Source of the DNA: Candidatus Bathyarchaeota archaeon
GTDB taxonomy: Archaea > Thermoproteota > Bathyarchaeia > Bathyarchaeales > Bathycorpusculaceae
Direction: 5' to 3'
NCBI GenBank assembly: GCA_963768425.1
Contig: CAVYHV010000006.1
Span: forward strand, 96,001-160,000
Length of the DNA stretch: 64,000 bases
Shown: piece by piece, positions 29,432-38,564 of the stretch
Numbering within the stretch: position 1 is the stretch's first letter
How the letters are laid out: the number at the start of each line of letters is the position of its first letter
Made by a program: the position numbers and the translations under genes
The notes under the pieces: generated by a model
Databases searched by the model: none
What the model was told of the DNA's origin: nothing
What the model saw: the letters and a program-made list of their open reading frames with translations, nothing else

Positions 29432-31101
29432 GAGACCGTGTAAAAAATCAAATTATCGATTGAAAGCTTGGATAATCATCCAATACTCTTTTGTCGATTC
29501 CATCGTTTTATTACGTCTTATCTTTTGCCTAGCGCCTGAATAAGAGTCTCGACTCCAAGAATGTTTAGAGCTCTTCGCAAATTATAAGAAAACAAAAGCA
29601 ACCCAACCTCTCCACTGACTTTTCTAAGACCTTTAAGCAAAAGATAAGGCGCACCAAAAGCTCTCTTAATTGTACCAAACGTGTGCTCCACGACATTTTT
29701 GCGCTCACCCATAACTTCAGGATGAGACCTCATCCGCATTTTCATATCATCGACAACATCCTCATGCACCCACCGCCAAATCAACCGTCCATTCTTATTG
29801 CCTGTACACTTAGTCATAAAAAACTGGCATGAAGAGCAGACATCCTTTTGGCACTTGTAAATTCGTTTATTCATCCCGTCCTGAGGCGTACAGCAGTAAA
29901 AGTAAAGACGCTGCCCAGCTGGACAAACATACAGATCAGCACCCTTATCATATCGGAATTTGTCAGCCCTAAACTCTGGTGACACAAGGCTGCCACCGCT
30001 TCCAGAGTGTTTTACTGCAACATAAGGGATAACTCCATTATCGACACATTGCTTAATCTGTATAAAATCAAAATAGCCCTTGTCTGAAACACAATCAATC
30101 TGCTCAACACCCAGTGTTTCTTTAGCGCTTATAGCGACGCCGCTTAATTGATTTAGGTCTGAGGCTTCGTTAGTCACCAAGTAGTTAACGATGAGGTGGT
30201 TTTTTGAATCTACAGCTGCCTGCATGTTATAGCAGGATTCTACTCTGCCATGACTCATCATCTGTCGACAATCCGGATCGGTCAAAGCAACCTCGTTTTG
30301 ACCACTCTTTTGCATTCTGTCAAGGATTGCTTCAGATTTCTCTTTTTTCTCAAGTAAAGCTGCAAGCTTGTCTACTTCAAAAGCTTTAGCTTCTTTGCCT
30401 GCTTCGCTACTGGCTTGGTGCTCGTCAGATGCTTCCTTCTCATCTTGGGCATCCAACTCTTCAAGATAATGTTTTACTGATTTTTCCATGATCTTTATTC
30501 TTTTCGCAAGCCCTTTTTGGTTAAAGGCTTTATCGTTGGAGTTGACGGCCCTTAGTTTGGTGCCGTCAACGGCCATTTGTCGTGCCCCATAGAGACTGAG
30601 GTCTTTTAGGAAGGCTACAAAGTCCTTGAATAGGGCACCTATTGCCTGTGGGTTGTCTTTTCTGAAATCCGCTATTGTTTTAAAGTCAGGTGTTAAGCCT
30701 TTGAGTAGCCACATTGCTTCGAGGTTTGTTTTGGATTCTCTTTCTAGCTTTCTGCTTGATCGGATGTGGTTTAGGCTTCCGTAGAGGTAGAGTTTGCAGA
30801 GGTCTTTTGGGTTGTATGATGGTCTTCCAAGATCTTTTGGTGTTGAGTGGGTGAAGCCTAACTTTTCCATGTTAAGCGTGTTTACGTAGGCATCGATGAA
30901 TCTGACCGGGTTGTCCGTTTGTACGTATTCTTCTATGGTTTTAGGCAGCAGGAACGTTTGGCTTCTGGATAAGCCTTCTACATAGCTGTTGGTTTCGTTG
31001 TCCATTTGTCTCACCTTACCCTTTGTGAGCCATTGCTATGTGTCTAGATTTAAGGTTAACGGCATTCTAGGCGATTAAGAGAAGACTTTTCACACGGTCT
31101 C
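29432..31101 (-). mobile_element. IS1182-family insertion sequence, 1670 bp
   Basis: TIRs GAGACCGTGTAAAAAATC / GAGACCGTGTGAAAAGTC (16/18); AAAC direct repeat at 29428-29431 and 31102-31105; encloses an intact transposase. Confidence 0.92.
29518..31014 (-). CDS. IS1182-family DDE transposase
   Basis: GRPSY.P, SSRKLE, PDFKTIADFR, VDGTK, TDPD, YN.Q, DKGY, CPAG, VEH.FG.IK. Confidence 0.93.
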   Translation of the reverse strand: MRQMDNETNSYVEGLSRSQTFLLPKTIEEYVQTDNPVRFIDAYVNTLNMEKLGFTHSTPKDLGRPSYNPKDLCKLYLYGSLNHIRSSRKLERESKTNLEAMWLLKGLTPDFKTIADFRKDNPQAIGALFKDFVAFLKDLSLYGARQMAVDGTKLRAVNSNDKAFNQKGLAKRIKIMEKSVKHYLEELDAQDEKEASDEHQASSEAGKEAKAFEVDKLAALLEKKEKSEAILDRMQKSGQNEVALTDPDCRQMMSHGRVESCYNMQAAVDSKNHLIVNYLVTNEASDLNQLSGVAISAKETLGVEQIDCVSDKGYFDFIQIKQCVDNGVIPYVAVKHSGSGGSLVSPEFRADKFRYDKGADLYVCPAGQRLYFYCCTPQDGMNKRIYKCQKDVCSSCQFFMTKCTGNKNGRLIWRWVHEDVVDDMKMRMRSHPEVMGERKNVVEHTFGTIKRAFGAPYLLLKGLRKVSGEVGLLLFSYNLRRALNILGVETLIQALGKR

Positions 31102-31157
31102 AAACGTTGACAATAAACCTTTTAACAGCTAAAAGCGCCAAGAAGAACGGTGGAAAA

Positions 31158-31412
31158 ATGAGGAAACCTGTCATCGCGTTTCTTATTTTGCTTTTGGCTG
31201 AGACGATAAGTGGGTTGGTGCTTGTTTATGCCAGTTCACAGTTTAACGTCTCTGTTCTACCTCAAGCTGCTTACCCAACACAGCATGTTATCTCTGTCAA
31301 ATCTTCGATGCCTTCACCCTTTACAGTTGCAGCATGGATTGTCGGGTTAGTTGCTGTGTTTGGTGCCCTTCTTTCTCTTTTCCTCCGGGGACGACATTCG
31401 GGTCAAGCCTGA
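31158..31412 (+). CDS. Small membrane protein (signal, short linker, TM)
   Basis: MRK plus hydrophobic N-terminus; C-terminal TM and basic tail. Confidence 0.55.
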   Translation: MRKPVIAFLILLLAETISGLVLVYASSQFNVSVLPQAAYPTQHVISVKSSMPSPFTVAAWIVGLVAVFGALLSLFLRGRHSGQA

Positions 31413-31500
31413 GAAGAAAAGAGTGGGTGAGCGATTCTGGGCTATCGACAGCTATCGCCCAAAATGTTTGGGGATCAGTCGCTAAAAAGAGGCGACCTTG

Positions 31501-31782
31501 CTATTCTTTGCATTGTTTAAGGTCACGTAGCTCGGCAGCGGATTTGTTTAGCATGGCGCTGTCTGCCACAGTTTGAACGGTGGACACAGGGAGGCAGACA
31601 ACTACTTTGCCGAGGAACGGCACTTTGAACCCCAACGCCTTCGCTGCTTCATCTGTCAGCCCAACGTAGAGGCTTGTAACCTGCCAACTAGTCATGTCAA
31701 CTTCAGCGCTTTCTATCTCGCCGAGCAAAACATTATCAGAGGTGTAAGCTTTTTTCCAAAAAACCCTAGTAATTTCGACCAT
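31501..31782 (-). CDS. PRC-barrel domain protein
   Basis: K.YTSD...LGEI....VD...WQV..L.V ... LPVS.V..V.D pattern. Confidence 0.7.
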   Translation of the reverse strand: MVEITRVFWKKAYTSDNVLLGEIESAEVDMTSWQVTSLYVGLTDEAAKALGFKVPFLGKVVVCLPVSTVQTVADSAMLNKSAAELRDLKQCKE

Positions 31783-31890
31783 GTTTAAAACCAATATGGT
31801 AATTTGCGTTCGCCTATATTTGGTTGTCGGAAACGAAAAGCTTGCAGAAGCTTTTTTTACGTGGCTACACCACTATTAATTGTGATTTTT

Positions 31891-32274
31891 ATGTCTGCTT
31901 CTCAGAAACCAATTGCTAACCTTTCTCCTCAAGAGAAACATGTTATCGAGGATAAAGGCACAGAAGCGCCTTTCACTGGCAAATACTTCGCTTTTTGGGA
32001 CAAAGGCACCTACGTATGCAAACGCTGCAGGACTCCACTTTACCGTTCAGAAAACAAGTTTGAAGCCAACTGCGGGTGGCCAAGCTTCGACGAAGAAATT
32101 CCGGGTGCTATAAAACGGCTGCCTGACCTTGACGGAATGCGGACGGAAATTGAATGCGCTAACTGCGGAGCCCATTTAGGTCACGTTTTCACGGGTGAAC
32201 ACTTTACCGAAAAGGACACAAGGCACTGCGTGAACTCGATTTCGATGGATTTTATCCCTGACAAAAAAGAGTAA
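31891..32274 (+). CDS. msrB: Methionine-R-sulfoxide reductase
   Basis: GTEAPF, C..C, CGWPSF, RTEI.C..C.AHLGHVF, RHCVNS. Confidence 0.93.
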   Translation: MSASQKPIANLSPQEKHVIEDKGTEAPFTGKYFAFWDKGTYVCKRCRTPLYRSENKFEANCGWPSFDEEIPGAIKRLPDLDGMRTEIECANCGAHLGHVFTGEHFTEKDTRHCVNSISMDFIPDKKE

Positions 32275-32403
32275 AGCTCTTTTGTTTTTTGTTACTACTC
32301 TAAGCTGTTCCATGGGGCGAAGGATCTTGGGATGTGCTTTCTTAATTTAGAGCTTTGATGGTTTTAAGCGAAACTTGAAACGATGGCAAATTTGGAAATC
32401 TAG

Positions 32404-33021
32404 TCAGCCTAAGCTGTGGCCCCACTTTTCCCTAAAACAATATTCATCAAGCGGCTTCCTTACTGGTGCCGCTGGCTCCTCAGCAGGGTAACCCAACATA
32501 ATTAACGCCTCGGGCTCAACTTCCTTTGGAATCTCCAGGGTTTCCCGAACGGTTTGCTTGCAGAAACTGGGCGCGCAGAACCAGCATGTCCCCAAACCCA
32601 AGCTATGCGCCGCCAACAACATGTTTTGCACGGCCGCCGCCAAGCTTTGCATCGCCAAATCCCGCTCTATTCTCTGCTTTTCATCGTCAGGGAGCTTCGC
32701 CATGCCATCCATGCAGAAGCATGCGAGCACTAGTGCAGGTGCATTGACAAATCTTTCGACTCGAAGCTTAAATGTTTTAGGCTCAATGTAGACTCCTTCT
32801 TTTGCCGCTTCAGAAGCCCACGTATCTGCCATAGTCTCCGCCAGTCGCCTCTTCGCCTGCGGATCCGCCAAAACTATGAATCGCCAAGGTTGAGCGTTAT
32901 GCGCTGAAGGAGCCCAGCGTGCAGCCTCCAAAACCTCCCTGATCAACTCTTCTGGAACCTGTTTGTCAAGGTATTTCCTGACGCTCCGGCGAGCCCTAAG
33001 TTCGTTCAACAACTTTGACAT
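32404..33021 (-). CDS. Nitroreductase family protein (FbiB C-terminal-like)
   Basis: RRSVRKY, APSAHNAQPW.F, QNMLLAAH.LGLG.CW, LGYP. Confidence 0.87.
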   Translation of the reverse strand: MSKLLNELRARRSVRKYLDKQVPEELIREVLEAARWAPSAHNAQPWRFIVLADPQAKRRLAETMADTWASEAAKEGVYIEPKTFKLRVERFVNAPALVLACFCMDGMAKLPDDEKQRIERDLAMQSLAAAVQNMLLAAHSLGLGTCWFCAPSFCKQTVRETLEIPKEVEPEALIMLGYPAEEPAAPVRKPLDEYCFREKWGHSLG

Positions 33022-33070
33022 GGCTAGAGCTATGTCAGCTTTTCTTTTTATCTCTTAAGAAAAACGCAGC

Positions 33071-34309
33071 CTAATTCTTGTGCTTAGGTTTCTTGACGTA
33101 AACTAACAAACCGGCACTCAATGCAACAGCACCTACTGCCCCTGAAACGGCGGCAATAATTGCAGTTGGGAAAGGCTCTGGCTTCGATACTGTGAAGTTG
33201 ACGGTTTGGGAAGCGCCTATGTCTCCAAATGTGTCGTTAGCGTATATGACAAGAGTGTGCAAGCCATTTGTCATGTTTGCGATATTAGTGTTGCCCGTTA
33301 TGGTTACATTTTGTTTTCCGTCGAGACTGTATCCCATCCAAGTAACAGCCTTATCGACTGCGAAAACCAACGGAACAACTGACGCATTGTATTTCTTGTC
33401 TATGGGCGACTGAACTGATATTTTTGGTGAAACTGTTTCTATTGCATAGAGCGTGCTGTTGAAGGGTTTCACGAGGGGATAGCGGTCCATGTTCTTTGGA
33501 TCTATGACGTAGGGCAGGTTGGCTATTCCCGATGTGCTGCGTCCGTCCGCGTTAGGATATTTGGTCCAATAGTCGCCCCAAAAGTTTCCGCCGTTAGGGT
33601 AACCATCATCCCAAATGTTAACAGAACCCGAAACTTCAGCCTGTGTGGTGCTGTTAAGGATGTTGTTGTGGTAAATGGTGTTGTTCGAAGCCTCCCCAAA
33701 ATAAATTCCCGTGCTGTAAAGACCACAGGAACTCCAGTCGCCTACGATATTGTTTCCGACAACTTGGTTATGTGAGGTGCCAAAGAAAGTGATACCATCG
33801 AGGTTGTAGGTAATGTTGTTTTCAGCTATAACGTCTGAAGTCCCCCCTTCAACATCGATTCCAGCAAAAAGAAAACCATTCATTGCCTGAATGCTCTCAA
33901 ATCCTGTTACTGTATTATTGGCTACAACAACTTTTGATGAATCGATTAATTGAATGCCTACCGAGGCACTTGCATCTTCAATGAATACGATTGTGAAGTT
34001 TTTCACGGTTACATTTGACACTTCATTCAATGAAAGATCGCCATATGCGGTGTACCCTTTTCCAAAGAGGGTATATCCGTTTCCATCAAGAATAGAGTTA
34101 CTTCTGTTCACAGCTATGCTCCCATAAACATTGCTTGTCAAAGTGTAGGTGCTGCCCGTTTGCTGAATGGGCGCTGTCGAAGGAGTTACGTTGCCATCGG
34201 CATTAATGGTAAAATCGTCGGAACTCTGAGCCTTAACGATTCCACTGCAAACGGCTCCGAGCGCCAGAAGACAGACGAGAATCAGAGTAGCGGCTGACGT
34301 TTTCTTCAT
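33071..34309 (-). CDS. NosD/beta-helix surface protein with Ig-like domain and C-terminal anchor
   Basis: Signal peptide, IYHNN, WDDGYP.GGNFW, DRYPL, YSLDG..N.T, PEPFPT-TM-KK tail. Confidence 0.8.
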   Translation of the reverse strand: MKKTSAATLILVCLLALGAVCSGIVKAQSSDDFTINADGNVTPSTAPIQQTGSTYTLTSNVYGSIAVNRSNSILDGNGYTLFGKGYTAYGDLSLNEVSNVTVKNFTIVFIEDASASVGIQLIDSSKVVVANNTVTGFESIQAMNGFLFAGIDVEGGTSDVIAENNITYNLDGITFFGTSHNQVVGNNIVGDWSSCGLYSTGIYFGEASNNTIYHNNILNSTTQAEVSGSVNIWDDGYPNGGNFWGDYWTKYPNADGRSTSGIANLPYVIDPKNMDRYPLVKPFNSTLYAIETVSPKISVQSPIDKKYNASVVPLVFAVDKAVTWMGYSLDGKQNVTITGNTNIANMTNGLHTLVIYANDTFGDIGASQTVNFTVSKPEPFPTAIIAAVSGAVGAVALSAGLLVYVKKPKHKN

Positions 34310-34509
34310 CTCATCTGTCCTTCAATCATTGGTTGCGTCACAGCTTTGCGTTTCTTGAAGTAAATCAATAATCCGGCAGCCACAACTGCTACTGCTATTA
34401 TGCCTGAAATAGCGGCGACAGTTGAGGTGAGGAAGGGCACGGGCTTAGCCACAAGTATGCATGACAGAAGGAAGAGGATAGCAAGCATTAAGGCGCAAAC
34501 TTTGCTCAT
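34306..34509 (-). CDS. Signal peptide fused directly to a C-terminal anchor (possible internal-deletion remnant)
   Basis: MSK...LVAKPV directly followed by PFLT..VAA.SG..A....AGLL.Y.KK, similar to the tail of 33071..34309. Confidence 0.5.
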   Translation of the reverse strand: MSKVCALMLAILFLLSCILVAKPVPFLTSTVAAISGIIAVAVVAAGLLIYFKKRKAVTQPMIEGQMR

Positions 34510-34637
34510 GCTTTTCCCGTGAAGTAGAGTTGTGCTCTGTGCGGATTAAAGGGTTTTTGTCAAGGTTTCTGAACTAATTGCAATCAGGTTTAGTATAGAT
34601 TTCTTGACAAAGAAAACAAAGGCCACTTTTTGTTGCA

Positions 34638-35675
34638 TCAAGCCCGGTTTGGTTCCAATATCACTTTGAGCGATTGCCCCGCCTCAGCCATCAATCTGAA
34701 ACCTTCCTGTGCCTGGCTTAGCGGGAGCCTATGCGTAATCATGTCTTTGACGTCAAGCTGTTTCGTTCCCAGAACCCGAAGGGAATCTTCCAGGTCGTTT
34801 GGCGCGGCGCCGTAGCTTGTCTGCATCCTTATTTCGTTTCTCCAGAACTGGTTAATGGGCACAGGCAGCTTCACGGAGGGATCGGGTACGGCGAAGAACA
34901 GGATTGTTCCTCCGTTATCCACGCAGTCCAGTGCGGAGAGCGAGGCGGATGTTGCTCCTGTGCAGACAACAACTTGGTCAGCTAAGTGCTCATCGTTTAT
35001 TTCTTTGAGCTTGGCAGGCAGGTTGTCTTTGGCGTTTAAGGCGTAGGTTGCTCCGAATTTTTTGGCGAGCTCCAGCCTGTACGGGTTGATGTCGGCGACA
35101 ATGATGTTTTGTACGCCTTTGAACTTGGCAAGCTGGGTGTGCAGGATTCCTGCGATGCCGCTGCCGATAATCAGCAGCGTGTCGTCTTTTTTCAGGTCAG
35201 ATAAGCGTTGACCCCGCGAAACGCATGCTAACGGCTCGATAAATGTGCCTTCTTCATAGGACATGTCGTCGGGCAGCTTGTAGATGCCGAAGTTAATGTT
35301 TATTTTCGGTACCCGGATGTACTGGGAGAAGCCGCCTGGAAAATAATTTGTGGTGTGCAGCGTATGGCAAGCCGTGTGAAAACCTCTTTTGCAATAACGG
35401 CATTGATTACATGGAACATGGTGAGAAACGAAAACGCGATCGCCCACTTTTACGCTTTTGACTTTGCCGCCGACTTTGTCGATTACGCCTGTTGCCTCAT
35501 GACCCAAAACAATCGGAGCCTTAGGCACACGATACCATTCTATAACGTCGCTGCCGCAGATACCGCTTGCTATAACCTTAAGCAAAGCCTCATCCTCCCC
35601 GATCTGTGGGATCGGCACATCTTGGATGCGGACATCATTGTTATTATAGTATACAGCGGTCAGCATGTTCTTCAC
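34638..35675 (-). CDS. Zn-dependent (MDR) polyol/alcohol dehydrogenase
   Basis: GICGSD, GHE, C..C.YC..G....C, EPLAC, G.G..G. Confidence 0.88.
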   Translation of the reverse strand: MKNMLTAVYYNNNDVRIQDVPIPQIGEDEALLKVIASGICGSDVIEWYRVPKAPIVLGHEATGVIDKVGGKVKSVKVGDRVFVSHHVPCNQCRYCKRGFHTACHTLHTTNYFPGGFSQYIRVPKININFGIYKLPDDMSYEEGTFIEPLACVSRGQRLSDLKKDDTLLIIGSGIAGILHTQLAKFKGVQNIIVADINPYRLELAKKFGATYALNAKDNLPAKLKEINDEHLADQVVVCTGATSASLSALDCVDNGGTILFFAVPDPSVKLPVPINQFWRNEIRMQTSYGAAPNDLEDSLRVLGTKQLDVKDMITHRLPLSQAQEGFRLMAEAGQSLKVILEPNRA

Positions 35676-35696
35676 CGAAAAAGTGATTGCAGCTGA

Positions 35697-36491
35697 TTAG
35701 GCTTTGCCAGCTTTTACCTGTTCGTAGAGGTCCATTGCTTCCTGCGGAGTGTAGCCGTCGTGGACAACTGCTCTTATGCCCCGTATGGCGGCGACTGGGC
35801 ATTCGGTTTGCCAAACGTTGCGGCCTAAGTTGACGCCGATTGCGCCTGCTTGCATGCCTTCGTAAACGAAGTCGAAAACTTGTTTTTGGGTTTCAGTTTT
35901 GGGTCCGCCTGCCATGACAACTGGCACAGGGCATCCTTCAACAACCTTGTGGAAGTTTTCGCAATAGTAGGTTTTGACGACGCGTGCGCCTATTTCCGCG
36001 GAAATCCTTGCTGCCAACGCCAAGTAGCGTGCTTCTCTTTTTTCAAGTTCTTTCCCAACTGCTGAAACCGCCATGACCGGGATTCCGAACTCCTCGCATT
36101 CATCAACGAGTTTTGCTAAGTTGCTTAGGCTTTTGTTTTCGTATTTGCTTCCCACGAAAACTGACATGGAGACGGCGGAAGCGTTTAGCCGTAGGATTTC
36201 TTGCATAGATGTGACGATGCTTTCGTTAGCTAAATCTTCGCCGACAACGGAGACGGCGCCTGAAACACGCATGATGATGGGTTTCTCGATCGCGGGGTCG
36301 ATGCAGTTGCGCAGGACGCCACGAGTTAACATTAAGGCGTCTGCGTATTGGTAAATCGGTTTGATTGTTTCGCCGGGCTTCTCAAGGCAATGGGTTGGTC
36401 CCTGGAAGTAGCCGTGATCAATCGGTAAAAAGACTGCTTTTCCGTCTTTCTGGATAAGTCGGCTTAACCTGTTTTTCATACCCCACTCCAT
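35697..36491 (-). CDS. lsrF: LsrF-type class I aldolase/thiolase
   Basis: WGMKNRLSR, DHGYFQGPT, TRG.LR, R.ARY..LA.RI.AE.GA..VKTYY, AGGPK. Confidence 0.85.
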   Translation of the reverse strand: MEWGMKNRLSRLIQKDGKAVFLPIDHGYFQGPTHCLEKPGETIKPIYQYADALMLTRGVLRNCIDPAIEKPIIMRVSGAVSVVGEDLANESIVTSMQEILRLNASAVSMSVFVGSKYENKSLSNLAKLVDECEEFGIPVMAVSAVGKELEKREARYLALAARISAEIGARVVKTYYCENFHKVVEGCPVPVVMAGGPKTETQKQVFDFVYEGMQAGAIGVNLGRNVWQTECPVAAIRGIRAVVHDGYTPQEAMDLYEQVKAGKA

Positions 36492-36598
36492 AACAATTCC
36501 TCGAGGGGATTCTCTAGTTCAAGGTTTATTAAAGTATTCGTTTGGATTTTATTTTAGGTTAGGAACCGTTTCTTGCGATCAGTTTTCTACGCTTATTT

Positions 36599-36727
36599 TT
36601 ACTGCTGCTTCCACGTCTTTTTTCCTTTGTTTTTTGTTTGGCCCTTTACTTCGTTTTTAGGTTTATTTTTTGTTTTGTTCTTGATTTTTAATGCCCTCCT
36701 TACACGCTCTCCCCTTTCAATGAGCAT
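36599..36727 (-). CDS. Small Lys-rich ORF, 42 aa
   Basis: MLIERGERVRRALKIKNKTKNKPKNEVKGQTKNKGKKTWKQQ; could be an artefact of A-rich sequence. Confidence 0.3.
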   Translation of the reverse strand: MLIERGERVRRALKIKNKTKNKPKNEVKGQTKNKGKKTWKQQ

Positions 36728-36838
36728 GCACCCTTATTCGCCTTTGCTTATCTTAGAACGAACAAATAATGCCCAATGGAAAACCAAACAGGTAAATTAT
36801 TATTCATTATTATTGAAGCGTCTTAGGGCATAGTGTTT

Positions 36839-37171
36839 TTATTTCTTTGCCAAAGTCTCTGGGTCAAATGGCTTGAGTTTTCCTTTTTCGTCTGTAATGT
36901 ACAGTTGAAAGTCGTATTCTCTGCAGTAGTTCTTGAAATCTCTCCATTGCGTTTTGTCGCCTTCAAAATCTTTTTCATTTACTATTTGGCAAATTCGTTT
37001 CAGACAACCTTTATGCGCCAAAACATCTGGGATAATTCCGCCGACCTCCGAAGGTTTTTCCCATCCTTCAGCATTTGCCTTAACCAGCCAATTATCTTTT
37101 TTTAGGTCTTCAGCAATAGTCCTAACACATGAATCATGGTTGTCTAACTCTTCAGGTTTTTTCTTGATCAT
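36839..37171 (-). CDS. Hypothetical protein, PD-(D/E)xK-like fold
   Basis: H...V..IA..L...W.V.A ... IPDVLA.KG...I.Q pattern; GGAG RBS. Confidence 0.55.
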   Translation of the reverse strand: MIKKKPEELDNHDSCVRTIAEDLKKDNWLVKANAEGWEKPSEVGGIIPDVLAHKGCLKRICQIVNEKDFEGDKTQWRDFKNYCREYDFQLYITDEKGKLKPFDPETLAKK

Positions 37172-37372
37172 TAAAAACTCCTCTATTTGTTATCTTGAAA
37201 TGTTTTCTAAAGATTTAAAGTTAAACTAACAGAGCAATCGCACCTGTGCCAGGCGACAGCCTGATTATTTTAGAAAATTGAGTGATGAAGTCTGATCATA
37301 GCCTGCAAAGAAAGATGTTAAGTGTGGTTTTAACCAATGTTTCGAAAACTGATATTTTCCGATTAACAAAAC

Positions 37373-37957
37373 CTACGAATTCCGCTTCAATCGGTAACAA
37401 TCCGGGTCTTCAATCAGGTTAGCCAACGCGAATCTCTCAGCCAAAAATCTGTCGACGAAAACGCTGTTCCTTTTCATTCGTTCCATTTCCCAGTTTGTTC
37501 CTTGCTTGAGCTGTTGCGGGGAAACTTTGGTGTCTGGTCTTGGAAATCCCAGTGACTGCATTTTCAGCGGATCAATATGGGTTCTAATCGATATGTTTCT
37601 GTACCACTTTTCCGCCGGCGTCTTAGGCTTGGCTATTGCCCAAGCGTTTTTCTCATTCTGTATCTCCTCGTCAAATTCTGGAAACACCTGCAAGCTTTCG
37701 TCGAGGATGTGCCCGAGTTCATGTCTTATTATTAGTTTGGTTGTGTTGCTTAGTTTGCCAGCGTTTATGTCTCGTTTTACGGCTATCTTGACGTATTTTT
37801 CTGTGGCTTCCGATACGCCTCCTGTGTCGTAGGCGTCAACGGCTATTATGTCCACCGCATTTAGTTTTTTTAACGCTAAGTCACCGTACTCGGCTTTCAA
37901 AAAGTGTCTTGCATAAGTTTTCATTTGTTCTTGAATGGTTTCCGCAGTGGTCTCCAA
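37373..37957 (-). CDS. Hypothetical protein with HExxH motif
   Basis: IRHELGHILD followed by E..AW. Confidence 0.55.
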   Translation of the reverse strand: METTAETIQEQMKTYARHFLKAEYGDLALKKLNAVDIIAVDAYDTGGVSEATEKYVKIAVKRDINAGKLSNTTKLIIRHELGHILDESLQVFPEFDEEIQNEKNAWAIAKPKTPAEKWYRNISIRTHIDPLKMQSLGFPRPDTKVSPQQLKQGTNWEMERMKRNSVFVDRFLAERFALANLIEDPDCYRLKRNS

Positions 37958-38082
37958 ATGCCTTCTCCCAGCTTAAGTCCTAAGACAAGAGAATTGATTT
38001 AACGGGTATTCTAATCGCCAGAATATTCTGGTTCTTGATATAACTCTTTAAAACTAAAAACTAGCAAGCTCGGGTTTGCTTT

Positions 38083-38463
38083 CTAAATTTGTCGTTTTTC
38101 AGCTTGCTTTTCGTGCTCTTGTTTGTAATGAGCCAATGCATTCTCGATCAGGTGTTTTCGGTCTTTATATTTGCGTTTCCCAACCTGTTGGTCAACCCAG
38201 TCAACCAAAGCCTTATCCAAGTTAACCAAAACTGTCCGCTCATCATCCTTCATTTTTTCGCTGATAAGCACCACGTAGCCTTTTTCTATGAGCCAATGGT
38301 GGAACTGCCATGTGGAGAAAAGACAGGCTGCGCTGCATTTTTTTCTTGTCTGCTCGTAAACGGGTGAACCCTCTGAGAGGCTGGTGAGTTCGATTTGAAC
38401 AGGGCATTTTACATCTTTGCAGAATTCTCTGCGCTTGTATTCAGCGAATCCTTCAACCGTCAT
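38083..38463 (-). CDS. Cys-rich domain plus C-terminal ribbon-helix-helix-like protein
   Basis: FC....CP...C...C..FHHW; VLVNLD...DWVD..V....Y.DR..LIE.AL. Confidence 0.55.
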   Translation of the reverse strand: MTVEGFAEYKRREFCKDVKCPVQIELTSLSEGSPVYEQTRKKCSAACLFSTWQFHHWLIEKGYVVLISEKMKDDERTVLVNLDKALVDWVDQQVGKRKYKDRKHLIENALAHYKQEHEKQAEKRQI

Positions 38464-38564
38464 TTTCCTTCGAGCCTAACTCGGCTTTAATCTTAATAAG
38501 CCTTGTTTTGAGGAGCTGAAAAACTGAGATGCGCTTTTAAGGCGGAATTTCAATGTGTTGTTTT

